This document shows positions 35,374 to 48,759 of a DNA stretch of 55,302 bases, piece after piece. A program made the translations under genes and the position numbers. Source of the stretch: Octopus bimaculoides (lineage: Eukaryota); contig NC_068984.1 of assembly GCF_001194135.2 (NCBI RefSeq), forward strand, positions 129,220,740-129,276,041, given 5' to 3'. Under the pieces are notes generated by a model that did not search any database, had not been told where the DNA came from, and worked only from the letters and a program-made list of their open reading frames with translations. The first letter of the stretch is position 1; each line of letters opens with the position of its first letter.

Positions 35374-36064
35374 CGGCGGAATTTGTACTCAGATCGTAAA
35401 GACGGACAAATGCTGCTAAGCATTTTGTCCGGCGTGCTAAGGACTCTACCAGTTCACCGCTTTACCTTCAGTTTAATATTAAATTGTTTTTATATATAAC
35501 TTGACATAAAAAGAAAAACATTAATACACACACACACACACATATTTGAGGCGGGTACGTGTGCGTAGCAAGCACAGTTTCGTAGACACGCTATTTAAAG
35601 AAACGTTTGATACCACGTTCACTGATAATGTCTTATTTAAAGTATACTTGTGGCAGTTTCTATCTTACTTAGTAAACACTGGGTCTGCAGTTGAAACAGT
35701 CGCTAGACTGTTGACTGAATGATAACAGCTTCCTTGACAAATGCCAGCCAAATTTGCAAACTTTTATACGGTAACTTATGTTGATACATAAGAATAAAAA
35801 GATTTTTGTTCCGCCACATCTTGTAGTAGTATACTAGTAATACCAACAAGCTTTTTTTTTTTCAGTTCAGTCGCACTTGATCAGAGATGAAGCATCGGTT
35901 TGAGTTATGATATAAAAAGAAATAACTACAATGAATAGTGATATAGAATTTCTTTACTACAGCTAAACATATCAGACTTGTGAAATGCATGAAAAACGAC
36001 ACCTGAGAAGCTTAGCAATATGCATATTTTTTTGTTNNNNNNNNNNGGGGGGGGGGGGTTATGT

Positions 36065-36705
36065 GGAACGAACTAACTTTTTACAATAAGCACAAGGCCT
36101 GAAATTTGGTGGGAGTGGGATAATCGATTATTTCGAGCCTGGAAAGGGTGAAAGGAAAAATCGACCGCGGCAGGATTGCATCTCAGAAGGTAAAGAGCGG
36201 GAATAAGATACCGCTAAGCATTTTCTCCGATGTGCTAACGATTCTGCCAAGCTCATTGCCTTAATAATAATAATAATAACAATAATAATAATAATAGCAA
36301 TAATAATAATTTCTATTATAAGCACAAGGCTTGAAATTTTAGGAGTGAGATAGTTGATTACCTCGACCTCAGTTGCGAGGTCGAAAGGATGAACGGAAAA
36401 AAATCGAGCTCAACAAAATTTGAACTTAGAACGTAAAGTGTTTTGTCCGACGTGCTAACGAGTCTGCCAAGCTCGCCCCCTTTCTTTAACAAACTAATAA
36501 TAGCTTCACATTTTTGGCACAAGGCCAGTAATTTCAGGATTGAGTGTTCAACTGGTGCTTATTTTATCGACCCGAAAGAATGAAAGGCAAAATCGACTCC
36601 GGTGGAATTTGCACTCAGAACGTAAAGACGAACGAAATACCGCTAAGCATTTTACCTTCCAAGCATTTTATCCACTAAGCATTTTACCCAGCTTGCCACT
36701 TTTTT
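36065..36705 (-). mobile_element. Three tandem SINE-A copies
   Basis: Antisense consensus at about 36065-36262, 36310-36480 and 36495-36705. Confidence 0.75.
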
Positions 36706-37739
36706 AAACGAACAAATAATACTTCATTTTTATTCTTGCTGGTACTATAAACTACTCACAAAGTTAGGATTCATTGCGTGATAAATAACACACAGCATAT
36801 TAGTGTTACTCGTAATTATAGAGCGTGCGCACGCATGAAGTGTATATATGTGTGTGTAGGTGTTTTGTGTGTGTGGGTGTTTTGTGTGTATTTACGTATG
36901 TTTGTATCTGCTTGTGATTTCATTTTTTATGCATTTAAATATATATATATATTCTGTTATAAATCAGTCTTTGCGACATTGACAGCATTTTTGTCGTCAT
37001 AACTTCCTTCTGGACGAGCAATCATCCGAAAAATGCAATGTTACACGGAAATTAATATATTCCTAGCGCAGGCTTGGTGCATTCTAAGTGCACCGATCCG
37101 TTGGTATTGTTATGATAACCACTTCCTGGTAGAATAAACTGCATCTATCATATTAATGACCTCGTTATTTTCAAACTGACAACACGCCAAGTTCTCCAGC
37201 TAGTGGCATGAGATTCGTCCGTTTTTAAGTTCCAGTCTATGGAATTTCCCTCTGCTTCCTACCACTGCTATTAATCTAATATCTGTCATATGACTTGTTT
37301 TGCAATAAGAGAGTTTCGGAGCTTGTCTAACACTGTACGCGTTTATGGCCGACTGAAATAATTGTTTCTGATTAAGGCACAAAGCCAGCAATTTTGAGGA
37401 GAAGAGATTAAAGGAGTTACGAAAGCGCTTTGAATAGCTAACAACTGTTTCTGCTATAAAGTAATCGTGCACCCAGCGCTGAGTGGCTACAATAATCAAA
37501 TAACTCTGAGGACGCTATAATAAGTTACACAGACACTCAACTCTGGATGCCTGCATGCTTGTAGCAGGAACAGCAGTAAGCTATTGAAAGTGATTACGTA
37601 ACTCCTCTTCTTTTGACATTCATTTATTAGTTAATGCTACGCTCTGTACTGACTACAGACATATAGGTTTACTGTAAGATAAAAGTATACTGAGTTCTAA
37701 CGACTGGTTATTGATAACGCTATGGATAAAAGGAATCGC

Positions 37740-37809
<70 letters not shown>

Positions 37810-37830
<21 letters not shown>

Positions 37831-37970
37831 CGAGCTTCTTTCAGTTTCCGTCAACCAAGTCCACTCGCAAGGCTTTGGTTGGCTCGGGGTTATAGTAGAA
37901 GACACTTGTCAAAGGTGCCATGCAGTGGGACTGAAGCCGGAACTACGTGGTTGGTAAGCAAGCGTGTGTG
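37810..37970 (-). mobile_element. SINE-B 5' half
   Basis: gacgagcttctttcagtttccgtc...tatagtagaagacacttgtcaaaggtgccatgcagtgggactg. Confidence 0.8.
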
Positions 37971-38049
37971 CTGTGTGTGTGTGTGTGTATGTGAATGTAT
38001 ACATGAATGTACGATACGAATTATGTGTGTGTGTGTGTGTGTGTGTGTA

Positions 38050-38322
38050 CAAGGATGGCCAGAAGTCACCTGACAGTAAATCAAAATCCCATAAATACTA
38101 TCTGTAATTCTGTATTGACTCGAATGGAAAAATATGTCGCTCAAGGACTTCAGTTTGAACAATTTTCATGATGTTTCATATTTAGATGCTTTTATTAATT
38201 TCATTCAGTTGTTAAACATCCCAATCTCATGGTTCCGGGTTCGCTTCCACAGCGTAGCACCATAACAAATCTTGAAATTAAATGGTTTTGAGTTATTGTC
38301 AGATGACTTTTGGCCAACCCTG
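38050..38322. mobile_element. Tc1/mariner-type MITE, copy 2
   Basis: TA|CAAGGATGGCCAGAAGTCACCTGACA ... TGTCAGATGACTTTTGGCCAACCCTG|TA. Contains a short SINE-B head fragment at about 38228-38261. Confidence 0.8.
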
Positions 38323-38491
38323 TATATATGATGTTGGTTATTTATACAGGTCATGCCGTGTTGGTTGTCACAGATGTGTATACAAATCTATATACTGATA
38401 CGTTTATATTATACATGCTTAAAAATACGTTTACGAACAATATATTTCATTCATCCCTCTTCAAATGAACCCATAAGCATACAGGCATATA

Positions 38492-38627
<136 letters not shown>

Positions 38628-39359
38628 TACACGCGCTCGCACGCGTACACATATATCACATATATTAAGCCTTTCTAATTTCCGTCTTTTTCTACGCTCA
38701 GATAAATACATGTGTGAGTCTTTATTTAGCCGACAACAAACGTATACACAGCTAGCTACTAGATGATAGACATACCAAAAGTGAAAAGCTGCCAGATACG
38801 CATTTACAGAGGCATAAATATTGTTCTTATCAGCTTCTTTTGCAAACTAATATCACATTTTCTTCTCTCAAGTTTCCCCCATTTAAGAAACAAGCTCGAT
38901 TTGGTCTCTTCCTTTCACTCTCACCGTTTGTATCCTTGTTATTTTATCCTCACAAGTTTTATTTTCATTTTTTTTATTTTTAGCGTAGCAGTACGGTAGG
39001 AGGAGGAAAGCTTGACAGTAGAAAGACTAATGTTTCTAATGAAGCTTATTGTCTCCTGAATGTAATTAACGATGAGCGGATAAACTTATAATTTTTGTAT
39101 ATAACTAATTAGATACTTAGTAACTAGTTTCGTTGAATCATTTCAGTTGAGTTGACAGAACAATTTGAACTTCTGGTTATACAACCACATAATATACTAT
39201 TATCTATTAATTTTTTTTTTTTAACTATGTGTATAAGGCTTCGTTTACATACGTAAATTAATTATATAAGCCTTAATTCGTAGGCTTATACACTTAATTA
39301 TCTACGAAAATTAAGGCTTATGTACATATCAAAATAAGCATGTGAATCTTGCCTCATCT

Positions 39360-39396
<37 letters not shown>

Positions 39397-39484
39397 AGAC
39401 ACACACATAAAAAAATTTCTTCGTGATTATACACACACACAGCACACACACGCACATACATGCATGCATATACATATCTATCTA

Positions 39485-39523
<39 letters not shown>

Positions 39524-40079
39524 TTATATATACATATATATATACACAAATATATACATACACGCACACATACATTTAAATATGAATGTGTCAATATATG
39601 TATTCATACATACACACGCTCTCTCTATCACTCTTTCTCTCTCTCTATCACTCTTTCTCTCTCTCCATCCCTCACGCGCGCACACACACACACACACAAG
39701 CAAACACATTTGTTCGTTCGTTGAGTGCACAGAATTTGAAAGATTGCTCGTATTCTCTGCTGCCAGATGATGTGCTGGTTTTGGGAACGATCCAGTGTGG
39801 AACTTCCCAAAGCTATCACCATGTAAATACTTCCCCAAATAAAATTGAACTTCATTTTCAAAACTCCGATGAAGCTATAGGGTGATGCACAAGCATTCAA
39901 CTATGAGTGCATTCCATCTTATAGCAGAAACATCTGTAAGCTAATGTAATTCATGACATAATTTCTTATTTCCTTTTTCATTTTAATATCTTATTACTAC
40001 TCTGTACTGGACGGACGCTTTATTCTGAAGCATATATATATATATATACGGAGTTCTAACCCCAGGTTATTAGAAGCGA

Positions 40080-40255
40080 AATGAAATAATCCTTTACTAT
40101 AGGCACAAGGCTTGAAATTTGGGGGAAGGGGGCTAGTCGATTACGTCGACCCCAGTACTCATATAGTACCTATTTCATCGACCCCGAAAGGTTGAAAGGC
40201 AAAGTCGACCGCGGCGACGAAATGCCGCTCACCATTATGCCAGCTCGCTGCCTTC
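40080..40255 (-). mobile_element. SINE-A with internal deletion
   Basis: Match to the family consensus. Confidence 0.75.
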
Positions 40256-40541
40256 ATGGCTAAATGAAATAATAAAATATATACTTACATGCACACGCAC
40301 ATATATATATATATATATATATATATANNNNNNNNNNNNNNNNNNNNNNNNNNNNNNNNNNNNNNNNNNNNNNNNNNNNNNNNNNNNNNNNNNNNNNNNN
40401 NNNNNNNNNNNNNNNNNNNNNNNNNNNNNNNNNNNNNNNNNNNNNNNNNNNNNNNNNNNNNNNNNNNNNNNNNNNNNNNNNNNNNNNNNNNNNNNNNNNN
40501 NNNNNNNNNNNNNNNNNNNNNNNNNNNNNNNNNNNNNNNNN

Positions 40542-40915
40542 CCCCCCCACTAATTAGTTTTTTTAAAGCCTGGTACTTATTCAATCAGTCTCTGTTGCCA
40601 TGCTGGAACACGGCTTCGAAGAATTTTTAGTCGAATGAATCGACCCCCCACTAATTAGTTTTTTTAAAGCCTGGTACTTATTCAATCAGTCTCTGTTGCC
40701 GAACCGCTAGCTTACGGGGAAGTAAACACACCAACACCGGTAGTCAAGTGGTAGTAGCGGACACACTCACACACATATATATATTCAGTTTCTGCCAACC
40801 AAGTCCACTCTCAAGGCTTTGGTCGACCCAAGGCTATAATATAAGACACTATGAGACTGAACCAGGAACCATATGTTTGGTAAACAAGCTTCTTACCACA
40901 CAGCCACGTCTGCGC
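40542..40915 (-). mobile_element. SINE-B with an internal ~56-bp direct duplication next to a gap
   Basis: ccccactaattagttttttaaagcctggtacttattcaatcagtctctgttgcc at about 40543-40599 and 40644-40700. Confidence 0.75.
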
Positions 40916-41319
40916 CTATATAATTTATTATATTAGTCGCGATAGAATTTTTTGTTTTGTTTTGTTATTCGTGGGAGTGAGAATATATATTTATATATAT
41001 ATATTTGTTTTAAAATATTATCATTACTAACCACTAACTGATGAAATGAAAATGTAATATACACCGTTAATAAAATAAACCAGATCTTTTTCTTGGCTTA
41101 TTCCATCGGCTTTCATACATCAGAAGTTTATATTAGAGTTTATATTTAAAGCTAGCAATGATCTTGATGAAATTATAGACGTTTCGCGCGATTCCTTATC
41201 TTTTTTTTACAAAATATAATGTCGAAATAGAACATGGAATGAATCTAACACAGCCGTATATCAACATGCAATTACACATCTACACTTCACCGTTATATTC
41301 GCTCTTCGCATATCTGTCT

Positions 41320-41770
41320 GTCTGTCTACTTCTGCTTATTCTCCTTATTCATCTTCTTCTGTCTTAACCTTCTTCTATCTTCACCCTCTTCTTCTTCTGT
41401 CTCCATCTTCTTCTTCCTCTTCTATTTCCTCTTCTTTTTCTTCTTCTGTCTTCATCTTCTTCTTCTACTTCTTCTTCTGGCTTTACTTTCTTCTTCTTCT
41501 TCTTCTTCTTCTTCTCCTTCTCTATTCGTCTTCTTCTTCTTCTCTCTTCGTCTTCTTTTTCTTCTGTCTTCACCTTTTTCCTCTTCTTTTTTTTCTTCTT
41601 CTGTCTTCATCTTCTTCTTCTTCTTCTGACTTTACCTTCTTCTTCTTCTTCTTTTTCTTCTTCTTTTCTCCGCTCTTCTGTCTTCTTTTCACTCTTCTTC
41701 TCTTCCTCGACCTACTTCTTTATCGTTCTCCTCCTCCTCCCCATCATCATCATCATCATCATCATTCTTC
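41320..41770. repeat. (CTT)n-based compound polypyrimidine tract with recurring tcttctgtcttc units
   Basis: Read directly from the sequence. Confidence 0.9.
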
Positions 41771-41859
41771 TCCTTTTCCATCTTTAACATTACCAACATC
41801 ACCATAATCTATTTATCACCATCCTCGTTGTTGTGGCTGTTGTTGTCATTTATCTAAAG

Positions 41860-41990
41860 CAGTAATTCTCAACTGGGGGTCAATATGGCCCTTTGGGGTT
41901 TCCATATAAGATTTTGTCGTTAGAATTTACCCTGCAATAAATTGGCGATACTTCTACAATACACAAAATATTTTAACAATTATTTTCTTT
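41860..41990 (+). mobile_element. hAT (Charlie/MER5-like) MITE left end
   Basis: atctaaag|CAGTAATTCTCAACTGGGGGTCAATATGGCCC resembles CAGTGGTTCTCAAC-type termini. No matching right end found. Confidence 0.45.
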
Positions 41991-42018
41991 TTTATAGAAT
42001 TCCTGTTAATATTTAAAT

Positions 42019-42178
42019 GCGCAGGAGTGGCTGGGGGGTAAGTAGCTTGCTTATCAACCACATGGTTCTGGGTTCAGTCCCACAGCGTGGCATCTTGGGC
42101 AAGTGTCTTCTACTATAGCCTCGGGCCGACCAAAACCTTGTGAGTGGATTTGGTAGACGGAAACTGAAAGAAGCCCGT

Positions 42179-42235
<57 letters not shown>

Positions 42236-42445
42236 TTGTGTGTCCGTGTTTGTCCCCCCGACATCGTTTGACAACCGATGCTGGTGTGTTTACGTCCCCG
42301 TAACTTAGCGGTTCGACAAAAGAGAGAACGATAGAATAAGTACNNNNNNNNNNNNNNNNNNNTCCTAGGGTCGATTTGCTCGGCTAAAGGCTGTGCTCCA
42401 GCATGGCCGCAGTCAAATGACTGAAACAAGTAAAAGAGTATATAA
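42019..42445 (+). mobile_element. SINE-B, near full length (best copy)
   Basis: tRNA-like head (gggttcagtccc B box), CORE-like catcttgggcaagtgtc, central (TA)(TG) tract, and tail ccagcatggccgcagtcaaatgactgaaacaagtaaaag. Confidence 0.85.
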
Positions 42446-43004
42446 TGATACTTTTCTTAAACATCAAAATGGCTTTGAAGATCCATCCGAGTGAAACAGA
42501 AATCAAAGGAGTCCATCTGCACTGGTGTAGAGAAGACTCACGACGAAAAGTATGCGACTGTTATTCCCTTCTTTTTCTTTCCTTTACTGCTTTATTTTTT
42601 ATTTTTTTTTTTTAATGCTGATAGGGTGTAATTCGAGGTGAAAATTTGACGGCTGTCTCTGCTAGGTCGGGATTCCAGGGATAGAGGACACAATCTGGCA
42701 CTTACAATGAGTATATGAAATGAGAGGATCAAGTTTCGATTCTTTGTTTCCCTTTGTTTGTGAGTCACTTATATATTGTTGTTGCTGTTGACTTATTGTT
42801 GCTGTTGTTGCTATGGATGTCATTGCACTTGTTGTTATTGCTGCTGTTGCTTAAAACCTCGCCACCCTTGACAACAGATCTATGATAAAAAGATACTCCA
42901 TACTCATGTGTGTATGTGCGTGTGTATATATATATTGTATTCTTTTACTTTTTTACTAGTTTCAGTCATTTGACTGCGGCCATGCTGGAGCATCGACTTG
43001 TATT

Positions 43005-43040
<36 letters not shown>

Positions 43041-43222
43041 CGTATACATACATATATGCATGCAGTTATACATATCTATATACTTGTATATACGTATGTG
43101 TGTGTATAGTGTGCATATATGTGTGTATGTACATATGTATACGTACATAATTCACATTTTCAAATACATACATGCATGAGTACATGTATTTAGATGTGTG
43201 TGTGTGTGTATGNNNNNNNNNN

Positions 43223-43269
<47 letters not shown>

Positions 43270-43739
43270 CCCCCCCTTCTGAAAATTTAATGTTGCAATA
43301 AAAGCGAGACGGAACGATTGCTGAATCTATCTAAGTATCACTTACTACTGATATACGATGACAACAGTTAACTAAAACTATTATAGTATCTTTCCCAATA
43401 ATTGTACGCTAGAATCATTCCGACCATCAGTGCAATATTGATATCGATTTCAAGCCTGTAAGAATAAATAGAGACTATTTTGCCAGCTTTTCTTACAATG
43501 ACATAAAACATTATCTGAAATAGTAACATTATCTGCGTTGAAAACTGCTTCGAAGTAGTTTCAATTCTATTTCTCTTTGTCAACCACTGTACAATCTTCT
43601 TATATTTAGTTAGTGACTTCCTCAGTACTATTGCAGCATGTACAGTAATGTCTATGATTTCTTGATGAGGTAATAATAGTACCGAAATAAGGCATTCATT
43701 TTCTTTTTCTTTTTTCTTTGTCTTTTTTTTTCTTTTTTT

Positions 43740-43930
43740 TTACGTTTCCGCTTGTTTCAGTCATTGGATTGCGGCTTTTCTGTGCAGTCGATAAACTCGG
43801 CGCCAACACACGTTTTAAGTTTGGTACCTATCATTTTACGGTGTCTTTTTTGCCGGACTACTCACTAGTTACGGGTATGTAAACATACCAACACCAGGTG
43901 TCAAATGGTGAGTGATAAACTCGCACGTAT
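43740..43930 (-). mobile_element. SINE-B 3' half, degraded
   Basis: cttgtttcagtcattggattgcggc is the antisense of the SINE-B tail. Confidence 0.65.
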
Positions 43931-44149
43931 GTATACATACATACATACATACATACATACATGTATTATTATTTTTGTTTGTTTTTTTTTGCCAAATAAA
44001 AATACGCACTATATATTCGTTTTTTCACTCGATGGAGTAAATCTGTGGTATTGAGCAGAATATCTACCCTAGCCCATCTTTTATACCAAGACAAAACATG
44101 TACATGATATAACACTTCCAATCAATTAAGATCAAAAGCCATGAGATCT

Positions 44150-44345
44150 AGGCGGCAAGCTGGCGGAATGTTTAGCGTGTCAGACAAAATGTTTAACGTT
44201 CTGAGTTCAAATGCCACTGAGATCGACTTTGCCTATCATCATTCCGGTGTCGATAAAATAAGCACCAGTTAAAAAGTGGGGGCCGATGTTATCGAGTAAC
44301 CGCCTCCCCAAAAATTTCAGGCCTTGTACCTATAGTAGAAAGGAT
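44150..44345 (+). mobile_element. SINE-A copy
   Basis: Match to the family consensus. Confidence 0.8.
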
Positions 44346-44839
44346 TATTATTATTATTGTTGTTGTTGCTGTTGTTATTATTATTATTATTATCACCATC
44401 ATCATTAGTATTATTTTTATTCTTATTTCATTATTTATAATATCAGATTGTTCAGTTCAATTAATTATTGTTTTTGTTAATCACTTACCATAGCCATCCT
44501 CTCTACAGCCAAGGCAAATGAAGATGTATCAAGAGCGATCAGATATCAGATTATAATTTATACAAGAAACAAATCGACAGAGAAAGAAAATATATACATT
44601 AAACATATAACAAGGAGCACGAGAGTATTATTCGACCTTTGGATAGGATTACTGCGAAGACAAGTCATGTGAATGATAAGAACAGTAGCGATGGCTAGGA
44701 GAGTCTTTTGTTTAGTTCAAATAATTGATCAGTTAATTTTCTTATTAATCCAAGAAGCGACGATTGCAACTCGGATTGTTTGTAGTTCTGTTTTTTGTTG
44801 TTTTTTTCTCACAAAGGCGCAGACGTCGTTGTGTGGGAA

Positions 44840-45260
44840 GGAGTTTGCCCAAGGTCCCACTGCATGGCACCTTGGGCAAATGTCTTCTACTGTAGCCGCA
44901 GGTCAACCAAGGCCTTGTGGGTGGATTTGGCAAGCGGAAACTAAAAGAAGTCTGTTGTATAAATATATGCGCGTGTGTGTCTGTGACTGTGTGTTTGCCC
45001 CTCCTCTACCACCAGTACCTCTCCTTGACATCCGATGTTGGTGTGTTCTGGTCCCCGTGACACAGCAGTTCGGCAAAAGAGACCGATAGAATAAATACCA
45101 AGCGTAAAATAAAAAATAAGTAGTGGGGTCGATTTGTTCGATAGAATAAGTACAACACTTTAAAAAACGATAAGCACTGGGGTCGATTCATTCAACTAAA
45201 AGATTCTTCAAGGCGGTGCCCTAGCATGGCCGCGGTATAATGACTGAAACAAGTAAAATA
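44840..45260 (+). mobile_element. SINE-B with a duplicated gatagaataagtac...ctggggtcgat module
   Basis: Colinear with 42019-42445; the module is repeated at about 45086-45190. Confidence 0.8.
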
Positions 45261-46962
45261 AAGTAAATTAACCGGCAGAAGCCAAGAAAAATTCGCTGCA
45301 GTATTTTTCCCAAGAAAAAAAAATCATCAATCTTAAGATGATAACCTGCAGCTCCACGATCGCTAATGCCAGTTGACATAGCATTTGGAGAAAGAGAATA
45401 TCTATCTTTCACTGATTTCTTTGTCTTTATATAACTTGTTTTTCCTCGACATACACGTCCTTGTCAGCCTCCACTCAATCAGTTTAACATTTCTTTCTAC
45501 AATTTGTTGTATCTTTTATTAACCCTTGCGGCTAATAAAGAAATTTATTTCTTACTGATTCTGTTACTTCTCTTAATATTGTTATTGCTACATAATATAA
45601 ATTCTGATACAGTTGTCTCAATTCTCAGGACATATTTGTGAGACTAATTATCCAAATTATTTTATTACTACTTTCATAGCAGCTATTGTTTGTAGTGTCT
45701 TCATCATCCTTATTGTTCTTTATATTGCTATTGTCTCCAGCATCATCTGAAACGAAAACCAAAGAATTTCCGGTAACAACAGATGTTTTATAGCTTTCTG
45801 CTTCCGTCTTTCGTTCTCATTCATGTATTCCTAGATCGATAACTACATCGTGTGATTAGTTAACAACAAGATTATTCTGACTGGATTCTCCCAAAGCAGG
45901 GACAAAAACTAAATATCGAAAATCAGATACAAGTTTGGTTTTTCTTTTCCTTTTTGTCAGCGAGATGCAAAATTTTTCGTTTACAAAGTCGAAAATGAAT
46001 AATTAATAGGGTTTAGTTTTGAAAAATATCTTTCACATTTTCCTCTTACTCTTTCCCTTTCCCACTGTAGATGAATTTATTGTGAGTAGATTAGAATCTG
46101 ACCATGATTACAATTGCCATCTATTTTGGTTGTAGAGATAATGCTTATGCACATACACACACACACACATGCAAACACATGTAGATGTTGTTAATATATA
46201 TAACTATGCGATTATTCTATACTACTGCATTTATATGAAACTACAACATATGTGTATGTATGTATGTATGTATGTATGTATGTATTTCTTATCTATGGAC
46301 ATTCATCGGTTTCTGTTGAAGTAATATTATGTATGTAAATAAATCAAGCGTATATAGATCCATAAAATGTCGGTGATAAAGCCGTAGATAAAATCTCGGG
46401 TTTTATGGTTTTATTGCTACACCTTACAACCTGTCATGATATACATCAAGCATGGCTCATATGCAGCCTATGATCCACATGTAGACTTTTATCATTATTT
46501 TGCAAGGCACGCATAATATCATGACTATATAATTATAGCCACAACATAATCTTGGCGAATTGGCTGAGTCATTAGTGCGGAGAACAAGATACTGCAAGTA
46601 GTTGTTCCTGCTGTTAGATTTCAAATCCTGCAGATGTCAGTTTTGCCTTTCACCCTTCGGGAGAGGGCGGTCGATAAAATATGGTATTGGTCCAAAGGCA
46701 AATTGACGGAACTGTCAGAGCATCAGGTGAGATGTTACCTTGCAATGTTTCGTAAGGTTGTGTGTATGTTCTGAGTTTTGGGGTAGTGGACATAAACCAT
46801 CGTACGATTTAATACCCATACATGGTTCTTGAGTGCCTTTAACGAAATTCATTCTGTTGCAAGCATTCGGGATAGATCTCTGGTTTGAGAACAAGTTCTT
46901 CCCATCTTCTTACCATTCTTAAGCGTTTTAAAAACAAGGGTGAGCCATATGTATTGTCTTAC

Positions 46963-47150
46963 CCTTCTTGGGTTCATCTCTCCGAACTCCGCCTCTTTTC
47001 ATCGGCCATTTCAGCAAGGGAAGTTGAAGGGAGGAAGGAAGGGAATAAGAGACGGAGAAGAGGAGGGGGAGCAAGAGGAGAGGAAAAGTTTGAGAGCATC
47101 ACGAAGAGTAGGGTGAAAAGAAAGGAGAAGAGGTCAGAGTATGAAACTGG
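46963..47150 (-). other. Candidate first exon: CT-rich 5' UTR, short coding start (MKRGGVRRDEPKK from the ATG at 47002), GTAAGA donor
   Basis: Minus strand CCCAAGAAGG|GTAAGAC (intron starts at 46962). Unique, locally GC-richer sequence. An upstream ATG at 47009 gives an 11-aa uORF. Confidence 0.3.
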
Positions 47151-48457
47151 ACCTGCTAGGTTTGGCTAACGGTGTTAGACCTTCAATGTCAGACAAAAAC
47201 GACGATTCGGCCAACGGAATAATTGAAACGGAATGAACAGTGAGACAGAAAATGTACTCTCACAGATCGCATATATAATTAGACGAGATATTCTAATCAA
47301 TGAAATAGTCAGTAGAGAGCTGACTGGATGCCACGAGATATACTAAATCCCCTCCTTTATGTAATTTATTTTAGACTTGAAGCATGAAGCAGATGGGAGA
47401 CAGACGTAGACAAATATTGTTTTGCGACAGGAGGTTGAAAGTTTTAGCAGCTAATTTCACAGGTGATGCAATTCCCGGAGCGCAGAAAGCAACACTTGCG
47501 CACTCACTATTCTAAATAGCTGTACATTAGCATCTAAACTACTGTCTCACCACATTTATATCTCCTTTTATTTTCCTTCCAACTTCCTCAAACTATACAT
47601 ACACGCACACATCTACACACACACACACACATATGCATACGTACACACACACACACACACACATATATCTATATTTCCCAGTTTCATAAGAATTGAAATA
47701 CAAAATGCTGAGATAAATCTCCATCCAGAACTGTTCTTCTTTTCTTTCATTCCTTTCTTTCTTTCTTTCTNNNNNNNNNNNNNNNNNNNNNNNNNNNNNN
47801 NNNNNNNNNNNNNNNNNNNNNNNNNNNNNNNNNNNNNNNNNNNNNNNNNNNNNNNNNNNNNNNNNNNNNNNNNNNNNNNNNNNNNNNNNNNNNNNNNNNN
47901 NNNNNNNNNNNNNNNNNNNNNNNNNNNNNNNNNNNNNNNNNNNNNNNNNNNNNNNNNNNNNNNNNNNNNNNNNNNNNNNNNNNNNNNNNNNNNNNNNNNN
48001 NNNNNNNNNNNNNNNNNNNNNNNNNNNNNNNNNNNNNNNNNNNNNNNNNNNNNNNNNNNNNNNNNNNNNNNNNNNNNNNNNNNNNNNNNNNNNNNNNNNN
48101 NNNNNNNNNNNNNNNNNNNNNNNNNNNNNNNNNNNNNNNNNNNNNNNNNNNNNNNNNNNNNNNNNNNNNNNNNNNNNNNNNNNNNNNNNNNNNNNNNNNN
48201 NNNNNNNNNNNNNNNNNNNNNNNNNNNNNNNNNNNNNNNNNNNNNNNNNNNNNNNNNNNNNNNNNNNNNNNNNNNNNNNNNNNNNNNNNNNNNNNNNNNN
48301 NNNNNNNNNNNNNNNNNNNNNNNNNNNNNNNNNNNNNNNNNNNNNNNNNNNNNNNNNNNNNNNNNNNNNNNNNNNNNNNNNNNNNNNNNNNNNNNNNNNN
48401 NNNNNNNNNNNNNNNNNNNNNNNNNNNNNNNNNNNNNNNNNNNNNNNNNNNNNNNNN

Positions 48458-48492
<35 letters not shown>

Positions 48493-48759
48493 ATGTATGT
48501 ATCTCTTCTATTTTTTAATTATTATAAATCTTCCACTGAGGAAGGGAGCCGGTTTCCAACAAAGATACAAGGCTCCATCTTTGGGATGTTGTTAACACAG
48601 ACAAATTCACATTTGGAACTTTAGAAAAGTCTTGCATATTTTTTCTGTTCCACTCACAGATTGCACTTGTAATGTACGAAATAACCGGTGTATGTATGTA
48701 TGTATGTATGTATGTATAGTTCCACGGTACATCTCATTGAGATTTTCTGAGATACACGG

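Noticed and set aside
35669-35759. Minus-strand frame FANLAGICQGSCYHSVNSLATVSTADPVFT ending at a GTAAGA donor
   Set aside because: No polypyrimidine acceptor and only 30 codons; insufficient support.
41364-41573. E/K/R-rich minus-strand ORF
   Set aside because: It is the antisense translation of the (CTT)n tract.
45330-45780. Strand-biased stretch that may be a LINE remnant
   Set aside because: No recognisable motif could be translated.
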